This document shows, one piece after another, positions 46,544 through 56,028 of a DNA stretch of 64,000 bases. Made by a program: the position numbers and the translations under genes. Every line of letters starts with the position of its first letter. Within the stretch, counting starts at the first letter, position 1. The stretch covers positions 124,001-188,000 of IMG/VR virus record IMGVR_UViG_3300047472_000309. One strand, written 5' to 3'. The notes beneath the pieces are model-generated. The model did not search any database, was not told the origin of the DNA, and was given only the letters and a program-made list of their open reading frames with translations.

Positions 46544-46926
46544 TCACCCCTTTGCAGCGTGAGTGCTGCTTCGTGAATGACTTGTGAATAAGTAACGAGC
46601 AGGGTCGCCGAGAGGTTCAGATGAAAGTCCACATCCGAGAAGCCTGCTTTCTGCTCAGTCGGAATCTTCTCCTGATCGAGCCCGGCCAGATACTCCTTCA
46701 GATTTTTCAGACCCGGACCCACTTCGCCATGTAGATAGGTCGAGAGCACGGTGAGCGCAAGGACCTTCTCCTTGCGCGTCGGCGCTACCAGAACCTTCGC
46801 CGTCATGGTAGCAGCGATCTGGGAAATGGTGCCCGCCCACAGCTCCAGGGGAATTTCAGGCGGCACTTGGTGCTTGGTGTCTTCGAAGAACTTGCCGAGG
46901 TTGTTAATGTCAAACGCCGCGCTCAT
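46540..46926 (-). CDS. hypothetical protein
   Basis: 128 aa, coupled. Confidence 0.65.
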   Translation of the reverse strand: MSAAFDINNLGKFFEDTKHQVPPEIPLELWAGTISQIAATMTAKVLVAPTRKEKVLALTVLSTYLHGEVGPGLKNLKEYLAGLDQEKIPTEQKAGFSDVDFHLNLSATLLVTYSQVIHEAALTLQRGE

Positions 46927-47894
46927 TCTTCCTCCTTCTTGGGAAAAGTCTCGACACTGTGGAGCTGGTCGCCGTTACCGATCACGACCTTCGTCACCTT
47001 CGGGAACTTGTGGCCCGGTGGATCGATGATGTGTGCTTCGTCGAGAATCACGAAGTCCTTCTCGATCTGGGCACGTTGCTCCGGCATCAGGTCGCCCGGA
47101 ATGATCACCTGCCCCGGATAGAGCTTATTCACACCTTGGTCACGGATGTGTGCGGTGAGGTCCTCGATACCCTTCGTGAATTCCGCCACGTCGAACTTCT
47201 TACCATCGCCCAAATGCATGTCGTTGAAGAGCCGCGGGATCGAGCTCGGATACATTAGCGAGAGCTCCTTCGCGCTCTCTCGCTGGAAATACTCGACCGT
47301 GCTCTGTGGCGTATCCTGATCCATCACCATGCCACCCATGAGAAACTCGGTGGGACGTAGATGCAGCCAGGGACGATGGCTGTTGGTCCGGGTAGGGATG
47401 TCACCGTAGACAGCGCGGCGGCCGTTGTAGAGCGTGCTGACGCGTTTACGAAGGCCTGTAGGCTTCCACTGTGCCGGATGCTCGAAGAGCGTCTGGTAGT
47501 TCGCCGACTTGACGTGCTCGAAGTAACGTTGCGCGGCCTTCTTGGTGACGAAGATGAACGTCGCCTGCACTTGCGGATGTTCCGGTGTCGGAATGCCGTA
47601 GCTGCTGCAATCATAGACGAGCTCTTCGATGTGCTCGTGCTCGAAATACACGCGTGCCCTGAACGACCAGTCGGGGGTTGGATTCGACACCGCGCTCGGA
47701 CTGTAGTCCGTCATCGACCGCCAGGGTCGCTCGAGGATTTCCATGCGTTCGGGCCGATGGCACCAGGTCAGCGCCAGACGATTGCCACCCTTGCCATTAT
47801 CCACCATCGCTTTACCCCAGCCTGCCCGCACAAGCCAGAACGTCTTCCCTGCTTTCAGATCCTTCAGTGTTGCACGACCTGCTTTTGAAGCCAT
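46923..47894 (-). CDS. hypothetical protein, K(A/S)GR paralog family
   Basis: MASKAGRATLKDLKAGKTFW. Confidence 0.75.
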   Translation of the reverse strand: MASKAGRATLKDLKAGKTFWLVRAGWGKAMVDNGKGGNRLALTWCHRPERMEILERPWRSMTDYSPSAVSNPTPDWSFRARVYFEHEHIEELVYDCSSYGIPTPEHPQVQATFIFVTKKAAQRYFEHVKSANYQTLFEHPAQWKPTGLRKRVSTLYNGRRAVYGDIPTRTNSHRPWLHLRPTEFLMGGMVMDQDTPQSTVEYFQRESAKELSLMYPSSIPRLFNDMHLGDGKKFDVAEFTKGIEDLTAHIRDQGVNKLYPGQVIIPGDLMPEQRAQIEKDFVILDEAHIIDPPGHKFPKVTKVVIGNGDQLHSVETFPKKEEE

Positions 47895-47899
47895 GGTAA

Positions 47900-48223
47900 T
47901 TACTCCTTGTCAACCGCGATGAATTCGACGATCTGGCCGCTGTCATTAACCCGCAGCAGTGCGCGATAGGCGACACTCTTACGCCCGTCGTCCCAGTTAA
48001 AGATCAGACCGTAAACGTGCGCACGCATGCTCGGACTACCCACCCTCACGCGCTGCTCTTTCGCCTCGTGAATAATCGTGCCAAGATGAGCACAGTCGTC
48101 TTCATCCACTTTATCAATGATGCGACGCGCCCAAGCCTGAAAGGACGGGATGAGATGTGGGGGAACGTTTTTATCCACCCACTCAATTGCAGCCGTGTTG
48201 CGCGCCAGTTCGACGATTTCCAT
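47900..48223 (-). CDS. hypothetical protein
   Basis: 107 aa, ACAAGGAG RBS. Confidence 0.65.
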   Translation of the reverse strand: MEIVELARNTAAIEWVDKNVPPHLIPSFQAWARRIIDKVDEDDCAHLGTIIHEAKEQRVRVGSPSMRAHVYGLIFNWDDGRKSVAYRALLRVNDSGQIVEFIAVDKE

Positions 48224-48249
48224 CTGGTTCTCCTTGTTTCAATATTCCG

Positions 48250-48810
48250 TTAAGACAGCTGCGCTTCCGCAAACGCTTCCTGTGCTGCCTTAGCCGCCTC
48301 GAATAGATTAAAGGCGTGTTTCGGATGCCGCTCGTACTTGGCTTCGTTCACCAACCACTGCTCCGTCATGACAAACTGGTTATCTGCCAGATTGATGAGG
48401 TCAATGCCGGAACGACGCATAAAGTGCGAACCGTGCTTGAACACCCGGCGATCTTCGCAGAGCGTCTCGACTCGATTGCTTTCGTAGCGCTTGATCCAGC
48501 GCAGCACAGCCGAGCGACTGACAAAGCACTTGTCGAAGGACGGTTCCCCTTTGTGATTCAGGGGGAAGTTCTTGATGTAAATCAAGCGACCGCTGAGTTT
48601 GCCGCGGCGATACTCGTAGAAAACCCAGAAGGCTTCGGGCGAGGCGCTACCAGCTGGCAACTCAAGCTGACTGATAAGCTTTCTGGCCCATGTCCCTACC
48701 AGCGTCGGTAGCGGATAACGCTTACCCGTAGCGTGATCGATCGCTGCATACCACAGTGTTTTCCCCGCGCGGACATCACTGACTTCGGCGCGGCCTGCTT
48801 TAGTTGCCAT
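48250..48810 (-). CDS. hypothetical protein, K(A/S)GR paralog family
   Basis: MATKAGRAEVSDVRAGKTLW. Confidence 0.75.
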   Translation of the reverse strand: MATKAGRAEVSDVRAGKTLWYAAIDHATGKRYPLPTLVGTWARKLISQLELPAGSASPEAFWVFYEYRRGKLSGRLIYIKNFPLNHKGEPSFDKCFVSRSAVLRWIKRYESNRVETLCEDRRVFKHGSHFMRRSGIDLINLADNQFVMTEQWLVNEAKYERHPKHAFNLFEAAKAAQEAFAEAQLS

Positions 48811-48997
48811 CTTCTTTTTTCCTTTCGTTAATCTTCTTCAGGCGTGCTTCGAGTTCTTCTTTAGGCACATACACCAGCAGGTGCTGCCAGGCGCGAGAGT
48901 CGACCGATTTAGTTTCGGCAGGAAACGCTGCGAGCACGTCGACCAGCTCCATCACCTTGTCGCTGATGTGCTCTCTCATGGGTTTGCGCTGGCTCAT
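48800..48997 (-). CDS. small hypothetical protein
   Basis: 65 aa, AGGAG RBS. Confidence 0.6.
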   Translation of the reverse strand: MSQRKPMREHISDKVMELVDVLAAFPAETKSVDSRAWQHLLVYVPKEELEARLKKINERKKEDGN

Positions 48998-49006
48998 GGC
49001 TTACTC

Positions 49007-49360
49007 CTAATGCAAAGTCGGTTGGAATTGCAGCAACTCCACAATCTTCCCCGATTCAGAAGTGCGCAGAAAAAGCTGCGCACGTTTGTACTCTTCGGGT
49101 TTCAAGAGCGGATCTTCAAACAGCATCGTGAACACATGCCCGTATTGCTTGAGCGTATAGCCGGGCACCTCCAGCCAAGCTCGCTCGGTGAGCGAGACCG
49201 TCACTCCTTCAGCCAGATCACATGCGTCGTAGATCGCAAACTGTTTGCGACACCAGGCATGGAACTTCTGGAGCAACAGCTCCTCCTCGACGTTGTTCTC
49301 AATGTACACATGCGCAAACCCGTTCATGGCAATGCGCGAGAGGCGATCAACGTCCATCAC
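49007..49360 (-). CDS. hypothetical protein
   Basis: 117 aa, AAGGAGG RBS. Confidence 0.65.
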   Translation of the reverse strand: MMDVDRLSRIAMNGFAHVYIENNVEEELLLQKFHAWCRKQFAIYDACDLAEGVTVSLTERAWLEVPGYTLKQYGHVFTMLFEDPLLKPEEYKRAQLFLRTSESGKIVELLQFQPTLH

Positions 49361-49366
49361 ACCTCC

Positions 49367-49615
49367 TTAGAGCGGCCACTTGAGCACATCGTAGCGACCG
49401 GTGAATACACCCCAGGCCAGCTTCAGACGGCGCCGCAGGCACAGACCTGGATAACCCATCGGCCGAGCAGGTACGTAGTGTTGGCCATCGGCCGAGACGG
49501 ACATCTCCCAGTGGCGGAGCTGCTCGGGTGTAAAGACATTCGGTGCGCCGCCACCATTGGTTTGTTCCACACGGGGACGGGAGGTTTTACCACGCACCAT
49601 TCCTACAGTCGACAT
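49367..49615 (-). CDS. conserved small phage protein
   Basis: YVPARP.G......RLKLAW.VFTG..D.L.W motif. Confidence 0.7.
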   Translation of the reverse strand: MSTVGMVRGKTSRPRVEQTNGGGAPNVFTPEQLRHWEMSVSADGQHYVPARPMGYPGLCLRRRLKLAWGVFTGRYDVLKWPL

Positions 49616-49627
49616 TTCTTCTACTCC

Positions 49628-50155
49628 TTAGCGGATATAAGCAGTCATGAGTTGGGTGTATTCGACATCCAGCGCCTGATAGTCTGGTGTGCCGGACTTG
49701 TTGCCTTTGACCCACGTGGTGATGAGCGAGCGCAGCCATTTGCCTGCGATGCGGATCTTCCAATCACGCGGGTAATGTGTGTGATCCAGCCGCCCGAGTT
49801 CACGGTTAAGCAGGGCCACGAAATTTTCGTGTTCCACGATGGCATCCAGATGGGCTTTGCCACCTGCCAAATCCGCACCCTCGACCAGAAACAACGCGTC
49901 ACTATTGAGTTTGGAATAGGGCGTGTATTTGACGGCCTTGGGCACACGGATGGTTTCCCATTCGAACGACACACGGGTCTTGCACCAGTAGCACACGACT
50001 TGCTCAGTCAGCGACATCAGTGCCGTCGTCATCGCCGCGTTGGCGTTGTGCAGCGTCGCATGGCTGACAACGGTGTCGCCATTGTCCAGTTCGAGGCGGT
50101 CGGACTTACCGCACTTTTCGTTGGGACACGTATAGTAAAGCAAACTCTTCGTCAT
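49628..50155 (-). CDS. Zn-ribbon protein
   Basis: CPNEKC...CYWC; first gene after an early promoter motif. Confidence 0.7.
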   Translation of the reverse strand: MTKSLLYYTCPNEKCGKSDRLELDNGDTVVSHATLHNANAAMTTALMSLTEQVVCYWCKTRVSFEWETIRVPKAVKYTPYSKLNSDALFLVEGADLAGGKAHLDAIVEHENFVALLNRELGRLDHTHYPRDWKIRIAGKWLRSLITTWVKGNKSGTPDYQALDVEYTQLMTAYIR

Positions 50156-50198
50156 GATTCCTTTACGTCGGATTTAAGCGCTACACTACTCACTAGGG

Positions 50199-50215
50199 GT
50201 AATATAGGTTTTAAA
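50199..50215 (-). promoter_or_regulatory. early promoter motif
   Basis: TTTAAAACCTATATTAC on minus strand. Confidence 0.7.
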
Positions 50216-50292
50216 TCATCTTCAGTGCCAAAAAAAGAAAGGCTGTCACAGAGCGGAGCCCGAAGGCTCCGCTCGTATGCCGTTCGACGACG

Positions 50293-50682
50293 TTACAGCT
50301 TGACTGCGATGGCGCCCGTCTTCTTGGCGCTGCCGTACATCGGCGACTGCTTCGGACGACCGTCGGCGGCCTTGCGCGTTTCAGCCTTCGGTGCTGTCGC
50401 GGTTTTGGCCGGGACTTCGACCTTTTGGGTGCGCTTCTTGCCGAGGGCGGCGAGCTGGTCGGTCGCTTGCGCAGCCAGAATGTCGTGCGCATCGACGCCC
50501 ATGGTCTGCTCGAGCTTGAGCGCCAGGGCCGGGCTGATTTCCATCTCACCATCCAACACGAGCTGGAAGTCTTCATCCGACAGACCGCAGTCGGACGCGA
50601 TACGGTGCTTGTGGTTGCCCAGGGCCGGGGCAGTCATCTTTTCGAAACCGTTGCACAGCAAGTTAACAATGTTCTTGATCAT
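50293..50682 (-). CDS. HigA-like HTH (antidote-type) protein
   Basis: IASDCGLS......LDG..EISPALALKLEQTMGVDA...LAAQ..DQL. Confidence 0.7.
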   Translation of the reverse strand: MIKNIVNLLCNGFEKMTAPALGNHKHRIASDCGLSDEDFQLVLDGEMEISPALALKLEQTMGVDAHDILAAQATDQLAALGKKRTQKVEVPAKTATAPKAETRKAADGRPKQSPMYGSAKKTGAIAVKL

Positions 50683-50749
50683 GATGAGATACCTTTTCCT
50701 CGTTTATTAACGGAGCACTGCTTCTAGTTGTGGGTACTGCAAAAAAGCC

Positions 50750-51652
50750 TTACTTCTTCACCGTAGTGGTTTTCACCTTGCCACTGGGTGTCGTGTAGGG
50801 AAGCGTCTTCGACTTGGCCTTCGTCTTCGTCTTCGTCTTCGCGATGACTTGCTTGACCGTGGTAGTGGGGACCAACGGAATCGCCACACCTTGCTTGCGC
50901 AGGATGTCGAGCTGCTTTTTCAGGCGTTTGTTCTGCTGAAAGAGCTTCTCGTTCATCGTGGAGATTCGGATGATGTCCTGCGTGTTCTTCGCATTACGCA
51001 CGAATTGCAGCGGGATCTCCTCCATGTCAGCATGGAACTTCTCCATGACGGGACGGATCAGATCCGTCGGAATCGGTTCACACAACCCCACCCGGCGAAA
51101 GCGCTTTAAGCCATCGTCTTCTCGCAGCGCCCAGCAATCGATCCAGCCACCTGATGTCGTATCGGTGATGAAGGTTTCCATCATCGCGCGAATCGGATCG
51201 CGATGGTGCGTGATATTGCGAATCACGTCTTGCGCGCCACTACCGAGCGCCACGGTTTGATCCAGCTCGTAGCGCGTGTAGACAAAACCTTGGTGGTCCA
51301 ACCGAAAACTGTGGTTGGCTTTCTCGCCGATGAAGAAGATTTCGAACGTGTTGCCTGGCACGATCATGTTGGAGGTGGAGACCATGTCGTAAAAAGCAAG
51401 CGTCAGCTTGCTGTCCTCGCGCTCCTTGATATTGCCTTGCAAGTGCTCAGCAAAGGCTTCCATCGCGTCCTGGCTGCCCGTGCCCGAGTAGCCGTAGACG
51501 ATGTCATCGAACTCAAACTCCGGCCTGTCTGAGAGGATTTTAAACGGCGGGTTCAGCAACACGATCTTTTCCAGACTGTTGATGCGATCACTACCTTTGT
51601 AGATAGTGGAGTCAGCAAAGAGTCGGCCGTCGTGGTAGAGGATGGTAGTCAT
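50750..51652 (-). CDS. Ntn-hydrolase (HslV/proteasome-beta-like) protease
   Basis: N-terminal MTTI...ADS, LEKI, GTGS, ALGSGA, D..SGG. Confidence 0.75.
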   Translation of the reverse strand: MTTILYHDGRLFADSTIYKGSDRINSLEKIVLLNPPFKILSDRPEFEFDDIVYGYSGTGSQDAMEAFAEHLQGNIKEREDSKLTLAFYDMVSTSNMIVPGNTFEIFFIGEKANHSFRLDHQGFVYTRYELDQTVALGSGAQDVIRNITHHRDPIRAMMETFITDTTSGGWIDCWALREDDGLKRFRRVGLCEPIPTDLIRPVMEKFHADMEEIPLQFVRNAKNTQDIIRISTMNEKLFQQNKRLKKQLDILRKQGVAIPLVPTTTVKQVIAKTKTKTKAKSKTLPYTTPSGKVKTTTVKK

Positions 51653-51688
51653 GTCAGCGACCTGTAATGTGAAATCTAGTTATTATGC

Positions 51689-52018
51689 CTATTCGCTCTC
51701 GACCAACAGGATCGAGCCAAACTCCGGCTCAAAGAAGTCAGTGAAGTAGCGCTTACCTGTTCTTTCAAACATCTCTTCTGCCAAAGGTAAGAAACCCTGC
51801 AGCAGTTCAAACGTACCTTTGCTGTCGTGTACCGTAATGGTCACCACAGTTCCGAGTTCTTTATTGTTGTACCTGCCCTCTGACACCGACATCACGAACG
51901 GCCGCTCGTTGATTTTGCTAAAGAAGGCTGCAAACTTATCGACCGATTCGGGATTGGCAATCAGGCCATACAAGAGTTCGACTGTCTCCCTTACTGAACT
52001 CCGAACCAAATCAGACAT
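51689..52018 (-). CDS. hypothetical protein
   Basis: probable start MSDLVR. Confidence 0.6.
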   Translation of the reverse strand: MSDLVRSSVRETVELLYGLIANPESVDKFAAFFSKINERPFVMSVSEGRYNNKELGTVVTITVHDSKGTFELLQGFLPLAEEMFERTGKRYFTDFFEPEFGSILLVESE

Positions 52019-52225
52019 GGTGAATCCCCGGCTATACGCGTGTGGGTCGCCAATCACCTGAGTGCTGGGGGTTGGATTCAGGCAGAGAGGTTTCCACACC
52101 CCTCATCCCTACCAACGGGCCTTTTCCCACCGACTTGATAATCCGGCCAAACCTGAAAACCGGCACGATGGACCACTCCCCGTGAGTGCCGCGCCCAGCA
52201 CTCAGGTGACTAGCACTAGTACGTC

Positions 52226-52654
52226 TCAAATACCGTGTGGCGCTGCGAGCCGTTCTTCGACGGCTGTTACGGCTTCTTGGGTGACATCCGGTAAACCAAA
52301 ACCAGACGGTAAGACAGGCGTCTGATGTTTCGGCACAATGTTCATTATTGCGCCCATCGAGGCGAAGTCGTTCAACCGCATCCTCTTATGGACGAACTCT
52401 CCAGTGCGTGTCTTAAGATAACCCTCCTCGAGCAAAATTTGCTCGACGATGGCTTCTCGTTCTGGCGCGATAGTCGCTTCCAAGGAGAACGACGTGTCTT
52501 GCATGAATTTCACGTGATCCCAGCCGACCGTCGTAATGATGCGCTTCACCGTACGCAGGGCAATCAAGTCCATCTGCTGCCGATAGGTCAGCCGTTTAAC
52601 ACCAATGCCTCGCATGACTTGACGCCGTCTGCGGATTTCACTTCGCCTGCTCAT
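52226..52654 (-). CDS. hypothetical protein
   Basis: start MSRRSE after GGAGG. Confidence 0.65.
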   Translation of the reverse strand: MSRRSEIRRRRQVMRGIGVKRLTYRQQMDLIALRTVKRIITTVGWDHVKFMQDTSFSLEATIAPEREAIVEQILLEEGYLKTRTGEFVHKRMRLNDFASMGAIMNIVPKHQTPVLPSGFGLPDVTQEAVTAVEERLAAPHGI

Positions 52655-52907
52655 CACTTTTCCTCCGTGGTGGAAAGAGCAGCAGTTGCTGGGGAGCAGT
52701 TCCGTCCTGAAGATGGAGCATGACGCGATCACCCTTATCCGTCGCCTCCAAGACAGCGGTGACGGCTTTCACGCAGCGCCGGATGACTTCACCCATGCTG
52801 TCTGCGTTGAGGCGCTCCTGTAAGGCCTGAATCTCGGCTTTCACTTCCGGATGCATGTCCAGATTCAGGCGGACCTTTTCAACGGTATGAGCCGGTCGCG
52901 GCATCAC
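52638..52907 (-). CDS. ribbon-helix-helix (CopG-like) DNA-binding protein
   Basis: RLNLDM..EV...I..LQ......SMGEVIRR. Confidence 0.65.
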   Translation of the reverse strand: MMPRPAHTVEKVRLNLDMHPEVKAEIQALQERLNADSMGEVIRRCVKAVTAVLEATDKGDRVMLHLQDGTAPQQLLLFPPRRKSDEQAK

Positions 52908-53446
52908 GCCTCCTTCTTATTCATGATACGTTGCAGTTCCGAGGACGCGATGGCGGCGGCTTCGTCAGGCGACGGCGCATTCATGCACATGAGGGCTTGC
53001 GTCACTGTCACCGCCATGTCAAACGTGGTGCTGCCGACAAAGTACGCCCGTGCCATCAATTGCACTGCTCGATTACGCAACAACACGCTGATCTTGTCGT
53101 CGACGAGCTTGTGCTCGACGCATACGAAGCTGAGTGCGTCGTGCAGCACTTGACCGAGCGTCAACTCTTCGCGCTCAAAAGCAGCATGGGCGGAGTTCTC
53201 GACCAGGCAGAAGAAATCCCCCTCTTCAGTCACGACGCCTTTGCTGTTGACGCCGATCGGACCGCCGTACGGAAACGCCATCACAAAGAAGTCCGCGATC
53301 GGCTTGTCCACGCGCGGCAAAACAAAGTTAATCTCGCGTTGCATGTTCAACAGTTTACCGATCATGGGCAACGCCCGTGCCACCACCGGCCGCATGCGCT
53401 TTTCGTTGAACGAGACGATCGCCGGGATTGCTTTTTCTTCTGCCAT
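52904..53446 (-). CDS. hypothetical protein
   Basis: 180 aa. Confidence 0.7.
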   Translation of the reverse strand: MAEEKAIPAIVSFNEKRMRPVVARALPMIGKLLNMQREINFVLPRVDKPIADFFVMAFPYGGPIGVNSKGVVTEEGDFFCLVENSAHAAFEREELTLGQVLHDALSFVCVEHKLVDDKISVLLRNRAVQLMARAYFVGSTTFDMAVTVTQALMCMNAPSPDEAAAIASSELQRIMNKKEA

Positions 53447-53473
53447 TTGTCCTACTCCTTTTAATTAGCCTAT

Positions 53474-53782
53474 TTACTCTTCTTCGTCGAGCACACACCC
53501 CGTCACGTCAAAGAGCATGAACGGTGCCCAGTACTTGCCCTTGGAGGTGGCAATGTAGCGTGCGAGCTCCGGCACATTCGTCTCGTTATCGTTGACCTGA
53601 TAGAAGCAGAGCTTACGCGTTTCGAGCTCATCGCCCATGTTCTCCGGCTCGAGGATCACCAACTGCACGGTGCTTTCGCCCGTATGGTCGATAAAATCCA
53701 ACACCTTCGTGCCTTTATCGAGCACGACTTCGAACGGCCTTAACTTGCCGTTCATGAGGATGTCAAACGTTTTGAGCTTCAT
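53474..53782 (-). CDS. hypothetical protein
   Basis: probable start MKLKTF. Confidence 0.6.
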   Translation of the reverse strand: MKLKTFDILMNGKLRPFEVVLDKGTKVLDFIDHTGESTVQLVILEPENMGDELETRKLCFYQVNDNETNVPELARYIATSKGKYWAPFMLFDVTGCVLDEEE

Positions 53783-54350
53783 CGGCGATCCCCAGATCTT
53801 TGGCCATTTGGGTGAGCAAGGCACGCATGTTCAGATCCTGCTCGGGCGTGGCACGCAGTTGCTCGTACGTGACGAACTTCATGAAGTCGGCGTGATCCGG
53901 CGAAGGCAACACGTACTCGCTGCTCACCGGCTTGCCCTCATTCCACGGGTAGCGCACGGATGACCAGCTCTTGCCTTGCAGGTTCTCCTGCACGGCCACC
54001 TTCCATTCGGCACACAGCGCGCCGATCTTGAGCGACAGTTCAGTGGACACGTAGGTAAAGAGTGCTGCACCGTACGCGACTTCCTTGAACGGATTCGACT
54101 CGTGCAACGCGTGCAGTGCGTCACGGAACGGCTTTTGTTTCATCACAACCTGACGACGGTTCTCCAGATAGTTCAGGTAGAACTCGTCAGTTACGGGCGC
54201 GGCGAGCTGTTGCTCGCGACCTTCCTTGCTGTAGATCGGGACGTTCCCTGGCGTATGCGCACCGTGGTGGCCATTGGCCAACATCCGTTGCAGCGCCAGC
54301 GGCAGCTTCTTCTGAGCGGTGCGGCGTTGTTCAGCGTTGGACTTACTCAT
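53763..54350 (-). CDS. hypothetical protein
   Basis: start MSKSNA after ACAAGGA. Confidence 0.65.
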   Translation of the reverse strand: MSKSNAEQRRTAQKKLPLALQRMLANGHHGAHTPGNVPIYSKEGREQQLAAPVTDEFYLNYLENRRQVVMKQKPFRDALHALHESNPFKEVAYGAALFTYVSTELSLKIGALCAEWKVAVQENLQGKSWSSVRYPWNEGKPVSSEYVLPSPDHADFMKFVTYEQLRATPEQDLNMRALLTQMAKDLGIADEAQNV

Positions 54351-54775
54351 GACTTGATTTCCTTGTTGTCGTTGGTGATTTCCAGCCCCATGCTCTTGCA
54401 GGCTGCTTCGAAGCGTTCTTGGTCGTACGCCGACCACTCGTTTTCGAAGTGGAAGACGGGCTTGTAATTCGGATCTTCCGCCATGCGCTTAAGCACCATG
54501 TGGAACGTGAGGTTCGACTTGCACTCACTCGGACGAGGGGTCGACGCAAACAGCACGAGCTCGCCTGGCTTAAAACCCCCTTTCGGGATCATTTCCTCGA
54601 AGCGCTTGAAGTTCGTCGGAATGACCGGCGGGAATTCGTGGTCCTTCAGCATGTTGCGGATCTGATCACACAGCTGCTGGGTCGCCCTCGGATTGGGGTC
54701 CGGTTTGCGCGGGATCAGATCGAGGTAATCAACGATTTTAAACGGCTCAGCCGCTGTGTCCTTATTCGGTTCCAT
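54347..54775 (-). CDS. hypothetical protein with DnaB-like motif fragment
   Basis: IPTNFKRFEEM..GGFKPGELVLFAS.P....KS and F.FENE. Confidence 0.55.
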   Translation of the reverse strand: MEPNKDTAAEPFKIVDYLDLIPRKPDPNPRATQQLCDQIRNMLKDHEFPPVIPTNFKRFEEMIPKGGFKPGELVLFASTPRPSECKSNLTFHMVLKRMAEDPNYKPVFHFENEWSAYDQERFEAACKSMGLEITNDNKEIKS

Positions 54776-55001
54776 ATTCTTTCCTCGGGAAAAACGTCAG
54801 TTGTACGGCACGACCACCCAGCGGGCGGTTCCCTTTGGCCTCCGGATTCTTGCGTGTTTCCAGATAGCTGAAGTTGCGATTGGTGCGATAGCGGCACTCT
54901 TCGCACTGAATCACGGTGTTGTACCCGCAGACGTACACAATACCTTCGGGTGAGTCCCGGTACTCACCCCGGCAGCAAGGATGGCGTTCAGAAGGCGCCA
55001 T
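54762..55001 (-). CDS. small Cys-rich protein
   Basis: CC...C...CEEC. Confidence 0.5.
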   Translation of the reverse strand: MAPSERHPCCRGEYRDSPEGIVYVCGYNTVIQCEECRYRTNRNFSYLETRKNPEAKGNRPLGGRAVQLTFFPRKEYGTE

Positions 55002-55509
55002 AGTTCGGGGTGGGGTCAGAAGGCACCCACTTGAGATCGTTGAAATCGACCTGCTCGAACTGCGCGGCCGGTTTGGCGTGCTTGGCGACGGACTCGCGCG
55101 CAGGCGTGCCGAGGGTCACCCCTAGCGGCGCGAAATTGGGCAGCCGACCTGCTTGCACGTCGTTGATATAACGCTGACACGCTTTCTGGCTGGTAAAGCC
55201 ATTCCACTGGCAGAGCGAGCCATCAGGCAATTCCACGATCGCCAAGTTGCGTGTCGGATGAAACGTCGAGAGCGCCGGGCCTTGGTAGTGACTCATGGTG
55301 CGGGGCTTACCGATCGAATACATCGGCAGGCTGTAGCCCACCAGCTGACCCTGCTCGTTTTCCACCAGTCCGACCAAGCGGTAGGTGAAACCGAGGGTGA
55401 TCAGAAAGGGCTTGGCGACCATCTTGCCATCGCGACCGACTGCGGGTTGCCAGATGGTTTTACCTTGACGAAGATCTTCGAGCTTGATGCGACCTGATTT
55501 GGTGGGCAT
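54988..55509 (-). CDS. hypothetical protein, K(A/S)GR paralog family
   Basis: MPTKSGRIKLEDLRQGKTIW. Confidence 0.75.
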   Translation of the reverse strand: MPTKSGRIKLEDLRQGKTIWQPAVGRDGKMVAKPFLITLGFTYRLVGLVENEQGQLVGYSLPMYSIGKPRTMSHYQGPALSTFHPTRNLAIVELPDGSLCQWNGFTSQKACQRYINDVQAGRLPNFAPLGVTLGTPARESVAKHAKPAAQFEQVDFNDLKWVPSDPTPNYGAF

Positions 55510-55591
55510 GATTTATCCTTGTATGGGTACTCAACCGATGGGGTGACGGCGTAAAAACGGCATAGAAGGCAGCCCGCAGGCCGCCGTCTAC

Positions 55592-55954
55592 TCACATTGC
55601 TGCTGAGAGCTTTAAGACAGGACTGCTTGTGCGTTGTTCCAGCGCATAGGTGTCAATAATGCGATGACGGAAGGTGCGTACCTGCCCGTCCACCACCCGT
55701 GCTGCCCCCAATTCAAAGAGGCGGGCCTTTTGTTGCAGTGTTTTCAAGAGGTTCGGATCAAATAGCGTCCGACCAGTCTTGTATTGCACGTGCGTACAGA
55801 GTGCATCGAAAAGTGACGAGAGATCTCCCTCATTAGGGAGGATTTCAGCGCGGTCCAATTCACCATACCAATCTCCCAGCTTTCCTGAACTCGCTCTACC
55901 GAGATACAACATCTTCCCCGTATAAAGCCGTGCAGTAATAACATTTGACGGCAT
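55592..55954 (-). CDS. hypothetical protein
   Basis: 120 aa, GAGGAG RBS. Confidence 0.65.
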   Translation of the reverse strand: MPSNVITARLYTGKMLYLGRASSGKLGDWYGELDRAEILPNEGDLSSLFDALCTHVQYKTGRTLFDPNLLKTLQQKARLFELGAARVVDGQVRTFRHRIIDTYALEQRTSSPVLKLSAAM

Positions 55955-56028
55955 GTTTCTTCTCCTCTATATTACAAGTAGACAATACTCCTGGTTAGGT
56001 TACTGGTTTTCTCCAACTACTCTCTTTA

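Noticed and set aside
48881-50710. 609-aa plus-strand ORF and other long plus-strand ORFs (2111..3550, 4750..5979, 6169..7146, 23337..24323, 45292..46185)
   Set aside because: Antisense shadows of minus-strand genes that have RBSs and recognisable motifs; their translations are Arg/His-rich and unstructured.
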